In this document: positions 1 through 9,866 of the stretch, one piece after another
Layout of the letters: the number at the start of each line of letters is the position of its first letter
How positions within the stretch are numbered: the stretch's first letter is position 1
Virus record (IMG/VR): IMGVR_UViG_3300012662_000008
Coordinates: 1-64,000 of that record
Origin: a virus
Taxonomy: Duplodnaviria; Caudoviricetes
Reading direction: 5' to 3' (one strand)
Length of the DNA: 64,000 bases
Made by a program: the position numbers and the translations under genes
Notes under the pieces: generated by a model
Told to the model about the DNA's origin: nothing
What the model saw: the letters and a program-made list of their open reading frames with translations, nothing else
The model's database searches: none

Positions 1-1
1 A

Positions 2-139
2 GTGAAGTGATTTAACAACAGTAACACAACTAGTTATATCACGATTGATTCTGAGGAAAAATTACAAAAAGTCTTGAATCACGAGGAAATAGAATCTCGT
101 GAAAGAGATTTTGGAGAAACAAAAAATTATAGATTTTAA
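2..139 (+). CDS. 3' end of an upstream gene (partial, TGA=Trp)
   Basis: Frame 2 reads VK(TGA=W)FNNSNTTSYITIDSEEKLQKVLNHEEIESRERDFGETKNYRF-TAA(137-139). Product not identifiable from this fragment. Confidence 0.55.
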
Positions 140-212
140 CCAAAATAAACGATGAATACGTAACAGTTATAAACATCGGTCGAGTTAAATATGGCTATAA
201 ACATATTTTAAC

Positions 213-806
213 TTGGAAATAAAAACAATTTTAAAATTGATGGCAACTTATCACTTATCTGCTGATGAGTTGCTTTTGATTTATATTACCTTACTTGCAC
301 GTGATGAAGAACACGGAGCTGAGTATTTTGACACCTGATTTCGCAACGGAGGAAATGAGGTACTACGTAGCCTATTTAGCTCGTTACAGGAAAAGGGTGT
401 TATATTAAAATCGTACAATCCAACAATTTACAACCCAAACGAGGTTGAATTTAACAAAAACTTTCTAAAAGGTTGATTTAAAAGTGGTTGTACAATGGGA
501 GAGGAATTATTTACAAAATATCCGTCTTGGTTGAATATTAACGGAAAGTTAACTAGTCTTAAAAACATTGCTACTCGTTTTGCGTCTCTTGATGATTTCT
601 TTTGCTTTTATGCAACACAGATTGGAAACAATCCAGAAAAGCACAGAGAAGTTATGGAAATTCTTGACTGAGCAAAAGAGAACGGCAAAATTTCTTTTGG
701 AATCTTAAACTTTGTCGTATCGAGACAATGGGAAGCCTTAAAAGAACTACGAGATAATCCAGAAATGGTTGGAACTGCTGATAATATTTGTATTTTAGAT
801 GAATAG
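213..806 (+). CDS. Conserved replication-module protein upstream of DnaB (possible helicase loader/initiator); missing from ORF track
   Basis: Open from TTG213 (or ATG240) to TAG806 if TGA at 336, 474 and 669 is read as Trp (…ILDWAKENGKISFGILNFVVSRQWEALKELRD…). Overlaps the dnaB start. Function inferred from position only. Confidence 0.75.
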
Positions 807-3040
807 TGTAGATATTTTATATAATATGATTAACTCTGGAAAAGCCGGAAAAAATACAGGGCTTAGTACAGGTATACCAAAACTAGATAGTTATACAGGA
901 GGAGTTAGAAAAGGTATATATACACTTATTTTTGGAACTTCTGGGAGCGGAAAAACAGCACTCGCTTTATATAGTTATATATATAGACCGCTAAAAGACC
1001 ACCCGGATAAAAATATAAAACTTGTATATTATAGTCTAGAACTTTCTGCTGAACTTCTTTTATCCAAACTACTTTGTATTTATATTTACGAAGAATTTGG
1101 AAAAATAATTCCTTATACAAAATTAATGTCTTGACAAGAAATTTTGTCTGACGATGATTATGAGTATGTATTAAAAGGAAGAGAATGACTTAACTCTATT
1201 TCTGAAAAATTAGTCATTTTTGACAAAACATTAACGAATAAAGTATTCTATCACACGCTGATGAATCTTCTTGAACAATGAGGTACATTTACAGAAATAG
1301 ATGGTGGTAATAGAACCGTTTATACACCAAACGATCCAGAACAACTTATAGAAGTTGTGGTAGATCATCTCGGTCAGAGGCCGAGAATAAATTGGGCAAA
1401 ATCGAAAAAGGCTAAAAATATTTAGAAAATTGTTAAAAATATACTAACTTTGGTCTACTAATTCAAATAATATGACAAAATCAAAAGGAATTATACCAAA
1501 GAAAACTCCAGAATTTAAAAATACAATTATCAAAGAATATCTTTCTGGAGTATCTGCACGAGAGCTTAATAAAAAGTACCACACAACTACTGAAAAAATA
1601 TTAAAAGAAGCTGGAGTGTTATTGAGTGCATCAGAATTTAGAGCAAAGTATAGAAGAGATTGTATAAAATTAAATTGGCAATTTGAAGATATCACCAATG
1701 AAACAGAGGCCTATATCTTAGGCTTTTGACTTTCTGATGGTTGCTTGTGTTCAAAAACCCAACTTAGTCTAGCAATAAACGACTTAGATATATTAACCGA
1801 TATACGAAATTATTTTTCCCCCAGATATAACCATCGGGAATCACAATAGAGGAGCATATTGTATTCGTATTTCTTCCAAGATTGCATGTAAAAATGCACA
1901 AAAATGAGGTATTATCCACGGAAAAACAAATACAGAATTTGAAATTCCACCAATACCAGAAAATTTAATCCAACATTTCATTCGAGGTTATTTTGATGGG
2001 GATGGAACAATTTTTGTATGTAATCCTAAGAATCATTGCTCTTATTTAAAAGGAAATATATGTTCTCCGACAATAAAAATTTTGGAAAGTATCCAAAAAC
2101 ATTTAGAAAACCACAATATTTTTACAACAATAAATTGTGAACATAGAAAAAATATTATGCTTCCTAATCCCACTGGAGAATGTATCGGACATTTTGATAT
2201 GTATAGACTTTTTATACGTAAAAAAGATGAAATATATAAATTTTATAAATATATATATGAAGATGCAACAATATATCTAAAACGTAAAAAATCTGTTTTT
2301 GACAATTTTTATATTCATGCTAATATCGAGGTAATTTAATTAATAATATAATTAAACACTGTAACGCATAGTAGTTGAAACTAGAAATAGAATATAATAT
2401 TACCACGAGTGCCCAACACTTATGTGAAAATATATGCTGAACTTTATAGAAATATAAAGAACAAAAAGATAAAAAACTTTTTGGATAACAAATGCTCTGT
2501 ATGCCAATTGATGGTCATACAAAAAAAGCAGAAATGGATCTCATTTCATCATATTGTGTTACGTTGCGTGAGAAATGCAAAGTTTCTTTTGTTATACTTC
2601 AGCAGGAAAATAGAAATTCTGCAGATATGGATAGAAGAAAGGCAGGACTTACGGAATGTAGTTCGGAAGATTTAAAAGATACTGGAAATACTTTTAATGA
2701 CTGTGAAATATGTATTGGTGTTTATTTCCCTCTCAAGTTCAAAATAAAATCTCACTTAGGTTACCCAATTATTGTAGAAGAAAATCCTCTGCAAGGTGGA
2801 TTTAAAGGATTGAGGGATAGATACAAAGCACTAAACATAATAAAAAATCGCCAAGGAGTAAGTGATAGAGTAATTCCTGTTAACTTTTTCGGAGAACTCG
2901 GAATTTTTAGAGAGCTCCCTCCTGCAAAAACAATAACTAATTTTTCTATATATACGTCATTAGAAAATTCTCCCAAAAATAAAATAAAAGATGCAACTCC
3001 AGATAATGGGGTGAAGGAAGAAATAAATTATTCTTTTTAA
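799..3040 (+). CDS. dnaB: DnaB-like replicative helicase, spliced (exon 1 799-1374, exon 2 2495-3040; ~373 aa)
   Basis: GLSTGIPKLD, Walker A GTSGSGKT, YYSLEL, Walker B VVVDH, LQQENR, IIKNRQG. In-frame TGA at 1132, 1186, 1279. The spliced junction reads DHLG|LCMPIDG. Confidence 0.9.
1421..1452 (+). promoter_or_regulatory. Putative Bacteroidota-type promoter for the intron endonuclease
   Basis: TTTA(1421-1424)-N20-TAACTTTG(1445-1452), 20 nt upstream of ATG1472. The -33 box has one mismatch. Confidence 0.5.
1472..2339 (+). pseudogene. Intron-encoded double-motif LAGLIDADG homing endonuclease with a +1 frameshift at 1813-1822
   Basis: Motif 1 AYILGF(TGA=W)LSDG is in one frame and motif 2 HFIRGYFDGDG is in the next. 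The frames switch at TTTTTCCCCC (1813-1822); without the shift a TAG occurs at 1847-1849. Confidence 0.8.
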
Positions 3041-3042
3041 TA

Positions 3043-3783
3043 ATGGCTATTACGCTACCTACTTCAAAAATTCCAGCAACAACACAAGATCCTAAGTACC
3101 TGATACTCTTTGGGTTACCGAAAGTGGGAAAGACAACAATTCTCTCCACACTTGAAGGAAATCTAATTTTGGATTTTGAGAACGGCTCTGACTACGTCTC
3201 CGCTCTTAAAATAAAGGTTAATACACTTAAAGACCTTAACGAGATCTGTGCTGCAATTAAAGAGGCTGGATATCCTTATAAATATATAACGATTGACACG
3301 ATTACTGCCGTTGAAGAAATGGCAAAACCACTTGCGATAAAGCTCTACCAAGATTCTCCAATGTTTTCTGAGAAATATGCAAATGTAAAAGATCCTGCAT
3401 CGCTACCAAATGGATCTGGTTATGCTTTTTGGAGAACTGCAATCGAGAGGGTAATTGATAAAATTGCGGCTTGTGCTCCAAATCTTATTATATGCGGGCA
3501 TGTTAAGGACGCAGCACTTGCTGAAAATGCAAACGGATCTCTTAAAACACTTGATCTTACAGGAAAGGTTTCTCGCATACTCGCAGCAAAGTCTGATGCA
3601 ATCGGTTTCGTACATAGGGACGAAGATAGCAATCTCTGCATACAGTTTGGTACTGATGGAGAAGTTCTCACAGGAGCTAGACCACAGCATCTTGCAAATA
3701 AAGATATTATTGTAGCTGAGCGGGCTGAAGATGGCTCTTTTGTTCCACATTGGGATAGAATCTACCCTAGTCTTGCACAGTAA
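3043..3783 (+). CDS. AAA/P-loop ATPase (AAA_24/Sak4-like recombination ATPase)
   Basis: Walker A GLPKVGKTT, LILDFENG, ITIDTI, IICGH. Typical position next to SSB. Confidence 0.8.
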   Translation: MAITLPTSKIPATTQDPKYLILFGLPKVGKTTILSTLEGNLILDFENGSDYVSALKIKVNTLKDLNEICAAIKEAGYPYKYITIDTITAVEEMAKPLAIKLYQDSPMFSEKYANVKDPASLPNGSGYAFWRTAIERVIDKIAACAPNLIICGHVKDAALAENANGSLKTLDLTGKVSRILAAKSDAIGFVHRDEDSNLCIQFGTDGEVLTGARPQHLANKDIIVAERAEDGSFVPHWDRIYPSLAQ

Positions 3784-4142
3784 TGAATATCGACATTTCT
3801 CCTATAATTGTAGTTAACACAGAAAGTCCAACAGATATTGATCTGACTGATGCAATTGTAGAACTAGGAGATAACAACTTGGTTTTGTCGAAAGATGCAA
3901 TAAAAGCACTTTCGGTGAAACCAAAAGATAAAATTGCAATTAATTATTGGACAGTTAATAGCGAAACCACATTTCCTCTTATTGGACGTGCTGAATGGTT
4001 CGGTTCTGATGAAGGAAATAAATTAACAAAATCTGGTACTATTTCGTTTCGGGGTGAACAGAACAAAGTTCTGCGCGAATATGGTACTTCTTTCAAAATG
4101 GAAAAGTTTAAAGACTTTTACAAATTAACCCCAAAAGTATAA
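3783..4142 (+). CDS. Hypothetical protein
   Basis: 119-aa ORF coupled to the previous gene by a TAATG overlap. Confidence 0.7.
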   Translation: MNIDISPIIVVNTESPTDIDLTDAIVELGDNNLVLSKDAIKALSVKPKDKIAINYWTVNSETTFPLIGRAEWFGSDEGNKLTKSGTISFRGEQNKVLREYGTSFKMEKFKDFYKLTPKV

Positions 4143-4161
4143 TTATTAAAATTTTTTAAAA

Positions 4162-4818
4162 ATGAATTTTGATTTTTCAGATGCAGTAAATGCAAAAGAG
4201 TCTGGTTCTAGATTGACTCCAGGAATTAAAGATGCTACTTTCGAGGGTGTAGAGTTTGCAAATGTAACTAGTCAGAAGACTGGTGATGCTTTTAAGACTC
4301 TCGTTCTCAAAGTAAACATTGATGGCTACGGTCCATATCAGCAGAACTTTTTCGAGCCTCAGTCAGCAGAGCGTCAGGAAATGCAGTGGGGTAAGTCAGC
4401 ATCTCCGCTTGATCATTTTAAGATCACTGTAATGGAAATCCTTGAAGCGATCTGTCCAGAAGTTGCCGCAGAAATTAATGCTGGCACAAAGAAGCTCACC
4501 GGCAATTTTAAGCAAATTGTTGATGCAATTGTAACCTACACTAAGCCTCATATTGGAAAGAAGACCCAAATTAAGCTCATACCTGGCAGAGACAATTATT
4601 GCAATATGCCATCTTTCACTGCGCGTATTGATCGCAATGGCAATCTCGGTATTGCTACACGTATTATTGGTGATAATCTCACTCTTACTAGCTCGGAGGT
4701 AAAGAAGATCGAGAATGCTGCTACAGCAAAGCCTACTAACATGGCTACTTCTACTGCCGATGTAGTTTCTGCAATGGCAACAGACCTTGAGGATCCTGAT
4801 TCGGATCTCCCGTTCTAA
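4162..4818 (+). CDS. Putative single-stranded DNA-binding protein
   Basis: Acidic C-terminal tail ending DPDSDLPF; lies between the ATPase and primase. Confidence 0.7.
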   Translation: MNFDFSDAVNAKESGSRLTPGIKDATFEGVEFANVTSQKTGDAFKTLVLKVNIDGYGPYQQNFFEPQSAERQEMQWGKSASPLDHFKITVMEILEAICPEVAAEINAGTKKLTGNFKQIVDAIVTYTKPHIGKKTQIKLIPGRDNYCNMPSFTARIDRNGNLGIATRIIGDNLTLTSSEVKKIENAATAKPTNMATSTADVVSAMATDLEDPDSDLPF

Positions 4819-4831
4819 GTAATTGATACTC

Positions 4832-5893
4832 ATGGAGATAACAATAGAGCCCGTTAGGATTACCAAGGAGCTTATATTGAGTAGATTTCCACAAGAGCAA
4901 ATACTAGAATATTATCTGGGAATACCAGTTAAAAAAGGTCTTTTCAAAAATCCGTTGCGAAACGACAGAAGACCAACTGCTAGTTTTTTTAAAACAAAAA
5001 CGGGACTAGTTATATTTCACGATTTTTCTGGTTGTTTTTCCGGAGATTGTTTCAAGGTTGTTATGGAAAAGTTTTCCTGCAACTTTTCACAAGCACTGCA
5101 TATTATAGCAAATGATTTTGGAATCATACATGATGATAAATTGGTTGTGAATGAACCAAAGCTGAAATATACAGGAAACAAACTAGATGAAAAACAAACC
5201 TCTGTTATACAGGTTGAAATACGCCCATTTCAATCCTACGAACTTAATTGATGGGCCAAATATGGAATACAAGAAAGCACACTGAAGAAATTCGGTGTGT
5301 TTTCTTGTAAAAATATATGGCTTAACGGGAATATATTTCACTACGAAAGTCCAAAACAAAAGATTTTCGGATACTACGGAGGCATAAAAGAAGGAATTGA
5401 ACAATGGCGATTATATTGACCAGATAGAACTACGATGCGCTTTTTAACAAACTGAAAAGCAAATCAACTACAAGGTGCAAAACAATTGCCGAAAGATGGC
5501 GGAGATCTGTTGATTATCCAAAAATCAATGAAAGACGTCATGTGTTTATATGAACTAGGCATTATTGCAATTGCACCAAATAGTGAAAATCTGTTTTTAA
5601 GTGACTCACAACTAGATAAAGTTAAAAGCAAATTCAAGCGAATAATAGTGTGATATGATAATGACGATCCAGGAAAGAACGCACTAGCTAGAATAAAAGA
5701 AAAACACCCAGAATTGGAATATTTTTATATCCCAGAAAAATACGAAGCAAAAGATTTTAGTGATTTTTATAAAAAATATGGCAAAGAAGCTGCAATAAAA
5801 TTGCTAAAAACCGAGTTAAATATAAATAAATGGGAAGAAAACGAAGCGCAGGTTATTCCCGAAACAAAGGAAATGCCTACGAGCGTAAAATAG
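4832..5893 (+). CDS. dnaG: DNA primase (Toprim), TGA-recoded
   Basis: N-terminal NPLRNDRRPTASF…FHDFSG. After TGA read-through: IQKSMKDVMCL, APNSE, IIV(W)YDND (Toprim DxD), AKDFSDF. Four in-frame TGA; stop TAG 5891-5893. Confidence 0.85.
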
Positions 5894-6213
5894 TAAAGGA
5901 ACTCAAAGAATTGGGTTTTGATGTTGGAACTACTCGAAATAACTCAAAGGCAGAAGATAATAACAAAGTTGATATACACGATAACAAAGGTAATCTGCCA
6001 TGTAAAATCCAATTAAAGGCAACACAACAAACTCCACAATATTTTAAGATACGCTCCGAAACTACTGTGAATCCAGACGAGTTTGTAATTATATGAAACA
6101 AACAAGAGCCTAGAGAAGCAAATATAGTTTCGGTTGGAGAAGTTGTCATAGTTCCAAAATCCTTATTTTATAAATTAATAAAACCATACGCAGATGGAAA
6201 CAGCAATAGTTAA
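5830..6213 (+). CDS. Holliday junction resolvase-like PD-(D/E)XK nuclease
   Basis: KGNAYERKIVKELKELGF…VDI…IQLK. TGA 6094 read through (IIWNKQE) to TAA 6211-6213. Confidence 0.8.
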
Positions 6214-6391
6214 ATTCACTAATCCAGACTCTGAAGGAACAGAAATCACTCTGACTTTTAATTATGATAGAGAAGCAGAGACACTCGAATATAAATCCGA
6301 TCTCAAGAAAGAGTCTGATGAAAAACTCGATTTTATAGGTTTTTTGGCGTCATCTCTCCTGATGACACTAACTAACAAAAAGCCAGAATAA
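6194..6391 (+). CDS. Hypothetical protein
   Basis: 65-aa ORF overlapping both neighbours. Confidence 0.6.
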   Translation: METAIVKFTNPDSEGTEITLTFNYDREAETLEYKSDLKKESDEKLDFIGFLASSLLMTLTNKKPE

Positions 6392-7146
6392 TGTGCGAAA
6401 GATATGATCTTATCCCACCTCACGGAATAGAGTCCGTGGAAAAAGTCCTCCAACACAGGCTAAATAAACACGAAATAAATGAATGGAAATACGGCATTTC
6501 GTGGTCCAAAATACTTTCCTCTCTTAAAAAGCATCTTATAGAGTTTGAAAAAGGAAATGATTTCGATGAAAATGGACTTTTGAATATTGCCTACGTTGCA
6601 GAGTCCGCCCTTATCTTGGCTGAATATTATAAAATATTTCCACACGGTGATGATCGAGTAGTAGGAATAGTTGACAGGCCAATCATCGCTCTTGATATAG
6701 ATGATGTTGTACTCGATTTTAAAGGGGAGTACGAAAAACGTTTTGGAAAACTTAACGATTATTGGGATGGTTCTTATGAACTACTTAAAGACCTTGATAA
6801 AATAAAGGACGATAAAGAGTTTTGGACAAACCTGCCTGTATTGAATATGCCAACGTTTGAACCGGCAATGTATATAACATCTCGATCTATTCCAGTAGAA
6901 TGGACAAAGGAGAATCTTCAAAAAAGAGGGCTACCTTGTGCTCCAGTATATTGTGTACCTTGGAATGAAAGTAAAATTGCTGTTATGAAGGAGCATAATG
7001 TGTCTGTGTTAATCGACGATAAACCAGATAATTACAAAGATGCTATTAATAATGGCATCTTTTGTTATCTAATGGACTCTCCGCATAACAAATGGTTCAA
7101 AGTACCAGAACATCGCCGAATAACAAATCTTGATCTGAAGTTCTAA
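6391..7146 (+). CDS. Fusion of a DUF5664-like (dATP/dGTP diphosphohydrolase N-terminal) domain and a HAD-family nucleotidase
   Basis: N-terminal RYDLIPP…WKYGISWS…LKKHL…DENGLLNIAYVA. C-terminal HAD motifs IALDIDDV, ITSR, LIDDKP. Confidence 0.65.
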   Translation: MCERYDLIPPHGIESVEKVLQHRLNKHEINEWKYGISWSKILSSLKKHLIEFEKGNDFDENGLLNIAYVAESALILAEYYKIFPHGDDRVVGIVDRPIIALDIDDVVLDFKGEYEKRFGKLNDYWDGSYELLKDLDKIKDDKEFWTNLPVLNMPTFEPAMYITSRSIPVEWTKENLQKRGLPCAPVYCVPWNESKIAVMKEHNVSVLIDDKPDNYKDAINNGIFCYLMDSPHNKWFKVPEHRRITNLDLKF

Positions 7147-8183
7147 TGAAAGAAATTAAACTAGATGATTTTAAAATCTTGCCCGATCTAAACTCCCTAA
7201 AAAGGATTGATATGACGGATGAAGAGTATTTCTCTGATAAATATAAAGACTGTGTAAGTAACTCTCGTCTGAAGTTAATAAATCCCGATGAAGGAGGCTC
7301 TCCAAGTAAATATAAAAATCCTCCTAAATTCGTAAGTTCCTCATTATCAATGGGTAGTGTAGTCCACGAACAAATGCTCCAAAATGAGTATTATGAAATG
7401 GCTCCAAAATTAGGGCGACCTAGTGCAAAATTGGGGAATTGTGTAGACGAAATTATAAAGCTACGACAATCTGGAATTGGAGGATACAATGCAATCAAGC
7501 AAGCAATGAAAAATGCTGATTATTATGCAAATGCAATAAATGATTTTAGAATCCGTGATATTATAAAGAAAGGCTTAAAATATTATTTTGCACGCAAAGC
7601 ATATAAAGGCAATGGCACAATTTTAAGTGATGCTGATTGGGAATCCGCAAATAGTGCAATTAAATCTCTACAAGACAATAAAGAGATAATGCAAAAATTG
7701 CATCCTACTGATATTTTTGGAGATCCAATCGAATCACATAACGAAGATGCTATGTTTATTGATTTTTGGGTAGTTTATAAAAACCAAGCCACTACTCTGA
7801 AATATAAAATGAAAATCGATAATTGGACAATCGATAAAGAAAACAAACATCTCGCTCTGAATGATCTGAAAACGGCTCGTGATAACCCAGAGTATTTTGC
7901 TACCAAGAGCGGACATTTAGAAACGTTTAATTATTATCGCCAGGGAGCTCTCTACGGAGATGTTCTGAAGCTCTATTGTATGCATGAATATGGGTATAAC
8001 GAAAATGATTGGACTAAGGAAATGAATTTTCTAGTAGTTAGAAACAATCCTCCTTATAATAGCAAGTGTTGCCCAATGAATAACACTTATTATAAAAAGG
8101 GTGTAGAAGAGTACCAAAAGCTTTTTAAGATGATTGCATATTACCAGATGTTTGGCTGGGAAGAAGAAGTAAAATTTGTATAA
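7146..8183 (+). CDS. PD-(D/E)XK exonuclease (RecE/ExoVIII-like)
   Basis: SNSRLK, GSVVHE, KMKIDNW…LNDLKT, YYRQGALY. Confidence 0.75.
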   Translation: MKEIKLDDFKILPDLNSLKRIDMTDEEYFSDKYKDCVSNSRLKLINPDEGGSPSKYKNPPKFVSSSLSMGSVVHEQMLQNEYYEMAPKLGRPSAKLGNCVDEIIKLRQSGIGGYNAIKQAMKNADYYANAINDFRIRDIIKKGLKYYFARKAYKGNGTILSDADWESANSAIKSLQDNKEIMQKLHPTDIFGDPIESHNEDAMFIDFWVVYKNQATTLKYKMKIDNWTIDKENKHLALNDLKTARDNPEYFATKSGHLETFNYYRQGALYGDVLKLYCMHEYGYNENDWTKEMNFLVVRNNPPYNSKCCPMNNTYYKKGVEEYQKLFKMIAYYQMFGWEEEVKFV

Positions 8184-8186
8184 AAT

Positions 8187-8217
8187 TTTGTTTTTACCTA
8201 GATTTTTAGTATATTTG
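8187..8217 (+). promoter_or_regulatory. Bacteroidota sigma-70-type promoter
   Basis: TTTG(8187-8190)-N19-TATATTTG(8210-8217), matching the -33/-7 consensus. Confidence 0.7.
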
Positions 8218-8255
8218 TGTAGGTAAAAACAGATAACTAATTAATGTTAATGATT

Positions 8256-8756
8256 ATGAAAATTGTTGAAATTGAAGCATTTAGCCTTGATGAGGCTAGA
8301 GAAAAAGCTGCTGAGCAGGGTCTCACAGTTGTAAAAGATGTTACTCGTAGATATGTTAATGCTGATTCTCCAGAAGATATAGAAGCTTTTGCAAACGAGC
8401 AGTTCGAGAAGGATAAAATGACTGAAACTACTGGTACGGCATATATCGTTGTTAAGGTTAAGGGTTCTGCCGACACTAAGGAAAGACCGTACACATTTAA
8501 TAATGTTGTAACAGAGGGCCAGCTCACTAAGAAGCGTGTATTTGAGATACACACAGAATCTGGAAAGCTTGTAGCAACTGCTGAAACGAAGGGTGAAGCA
8601 TCTCGTAAGGCTAAGGCTGCTATGAAAGACGTTAAGGAGAATATGTACTGCGAGCAGGTATATCGAGTAGATGAAGCACACGCTAGAGTATTTACTATCG
8701 ATTACACGCCGTCGAAAGGTACACAGCTTGGAAAGTATATTGTATTTGGAAACTAA
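8256..8756 (+). CDS. Hypothetical protein with its own promoter and terminator
   Basis: ORF 8244/8256-8756, flanked by a promoter and a terminator. Confidence 0.75.
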   Translation: MKIVEIEAFSLDEAREKAAEQGLTVVKDVTRRYVNADSPEDIEAFANEQFEKDKMTETTGTAYIVVKVKGSADTKERPYTFNNVVTEGQLTKKRVFEIHTESGKLVATAETKGEASRKAKAAMKDVKENMYCEQVYRVDEAHARVFTIDYTPSKGTQLGKYIVFGN

Positions 8757-8761
8757 AATAG

Positions 8762-8796
8762 AAAGCAGGGTTGGTTAACTCCAATCCTGCTTTTTT
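8762..8796 (+). terminator. Rho-independent terminator
   Basis: AAAGCAGGGTTGG-TTAACT-CCAATCCTGCTTTTTT hairpin with T tract. Confidence 0.8.
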
Positions 8797-8805
8797 GACC
8801 AAAAT

Positions 8806-9120
8806 ATGATAGAAATTTTGTGAGAGTCCGATTTATATGATCGGACTTTTCCAGCTATTTACGAGATCCACATTGGGGAACATATTTATATTGGCTCGAC
8901 AAAAAGAAATGCAAAAGCCAGAATAACAGAGCATATACGACTTTTGAAGTTGAACAAACATTATAACAGAAACATGCAAACTTGATTTAATGAAATCGGA
9001 GTTGCTAGTTTTTTTGTTATAGAATATCCAGATCTTGATAGAGTCGTTGAAAGAGAACAGTTCTGAATTAATAAAAAGAACCCCGATATTAATATTATAC
9101 AAAATGTTGCGAATTATTAA
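8806..9120 (+). CDS. Free-standing GIY-YIG endonuclease (104 aa), missing from ORF track
   Basis: With three TGA read as W: AIYEIHIGEHIYIGSTKRNAKARITEH…KHYNRNMQTWFN…VVEREQFWINKKNPDINI. TAATG-coupled to the next gene. Confidence 0.85.
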
Positions 9121-9866
9121 TGGAAATTACATTAGAAGGGCTAAGTGCGGGGAAACCAACAATAATTAAAAACAACGAATTTCTTGAAACAAAAGAATAT
9201 ACAGAACCTTTTATAACTGAACTGAAAAAGTACACAAACAAGTTTATTGTTAATGTACAGACTCCTGATCAAATGACAATTACTGGGTCTGGAAAAGACC
9301 TGACATATAATAGAGTTTGGGTACAAGCCATTGTGCCAGGTGAATCTGAATATAAAGAAACTTACAATCTCGTTTATGCACTAGATACGCGTGTTCCTGT
9401 TTATAAAGTGTTTCGAGCCTATATGAATCCAGTTTCAAAGAATCTATATACTTTTACAAATAACTGATTAATAGCTAAAGAGTTAAAACCAAATGAAAAA
9501 CTCGAATATGATATTAAAGAGTTGTTTGGAGCAGTAAATGATCTTGAGACAAATATGCGAAAATTAAAATCGTCGTTTTTACCAACAGATAAAAAACAGA
9601 AATTTCTTGGAGAACTGATTGATAAAGTCCTTGTTTATGAAAGTAAAACTCTAAATGGGAAAATAAAGCTTTCAAGTAATGATATTATAAAGGCCTATGA
9701 ATCAATATATAACAATAGTGGGTCACCTTATTATATATCTGAAAACGAGGAATGTTCCATGTTCAATTTTTATGATGCAATATGTGCACAAATAACAGGA
9801 ACAAAAGATTTTGTGAATCGGTTTGAAAAAACAATGTTAATTAATAACTTATTTCAATTATGCTAA
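9120..9866 (+). CDS. Conserved hypothetical protein (possibly DUF932-like)
   Basis: Track ORFs 9120-9467 and 9522-9866 are in frame and join across TGA 9465-9467. The family assignment is tentative. Confidence 0.7.

Larger units (their letters stand above)
1375..2494 (+). mobile_element. Group I intron in dnaB (1120 nt) carrying a LAGLIDADG ORF
   Basis: Exon end CTCGGT pairs with GCCGAG (P1, U.G at the splice site). Intron 5' CAGAG pairs with 3' exon CTCTG (P10). P3 TTGGGCA/TGCCCAA, P7 GCATA/TATGC, terminal G2494. Removal restores the DnaB frame. Confidence 0.9.

Noticed and set aside
2409-2675. ORF 2409-2675, and ATG2492 as an independent gene start
   Set aside because: They overlap the intron core. 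The G of ATG2492-2494 is the intron's terminal G, and the downstream frame is dnaB exon 2.
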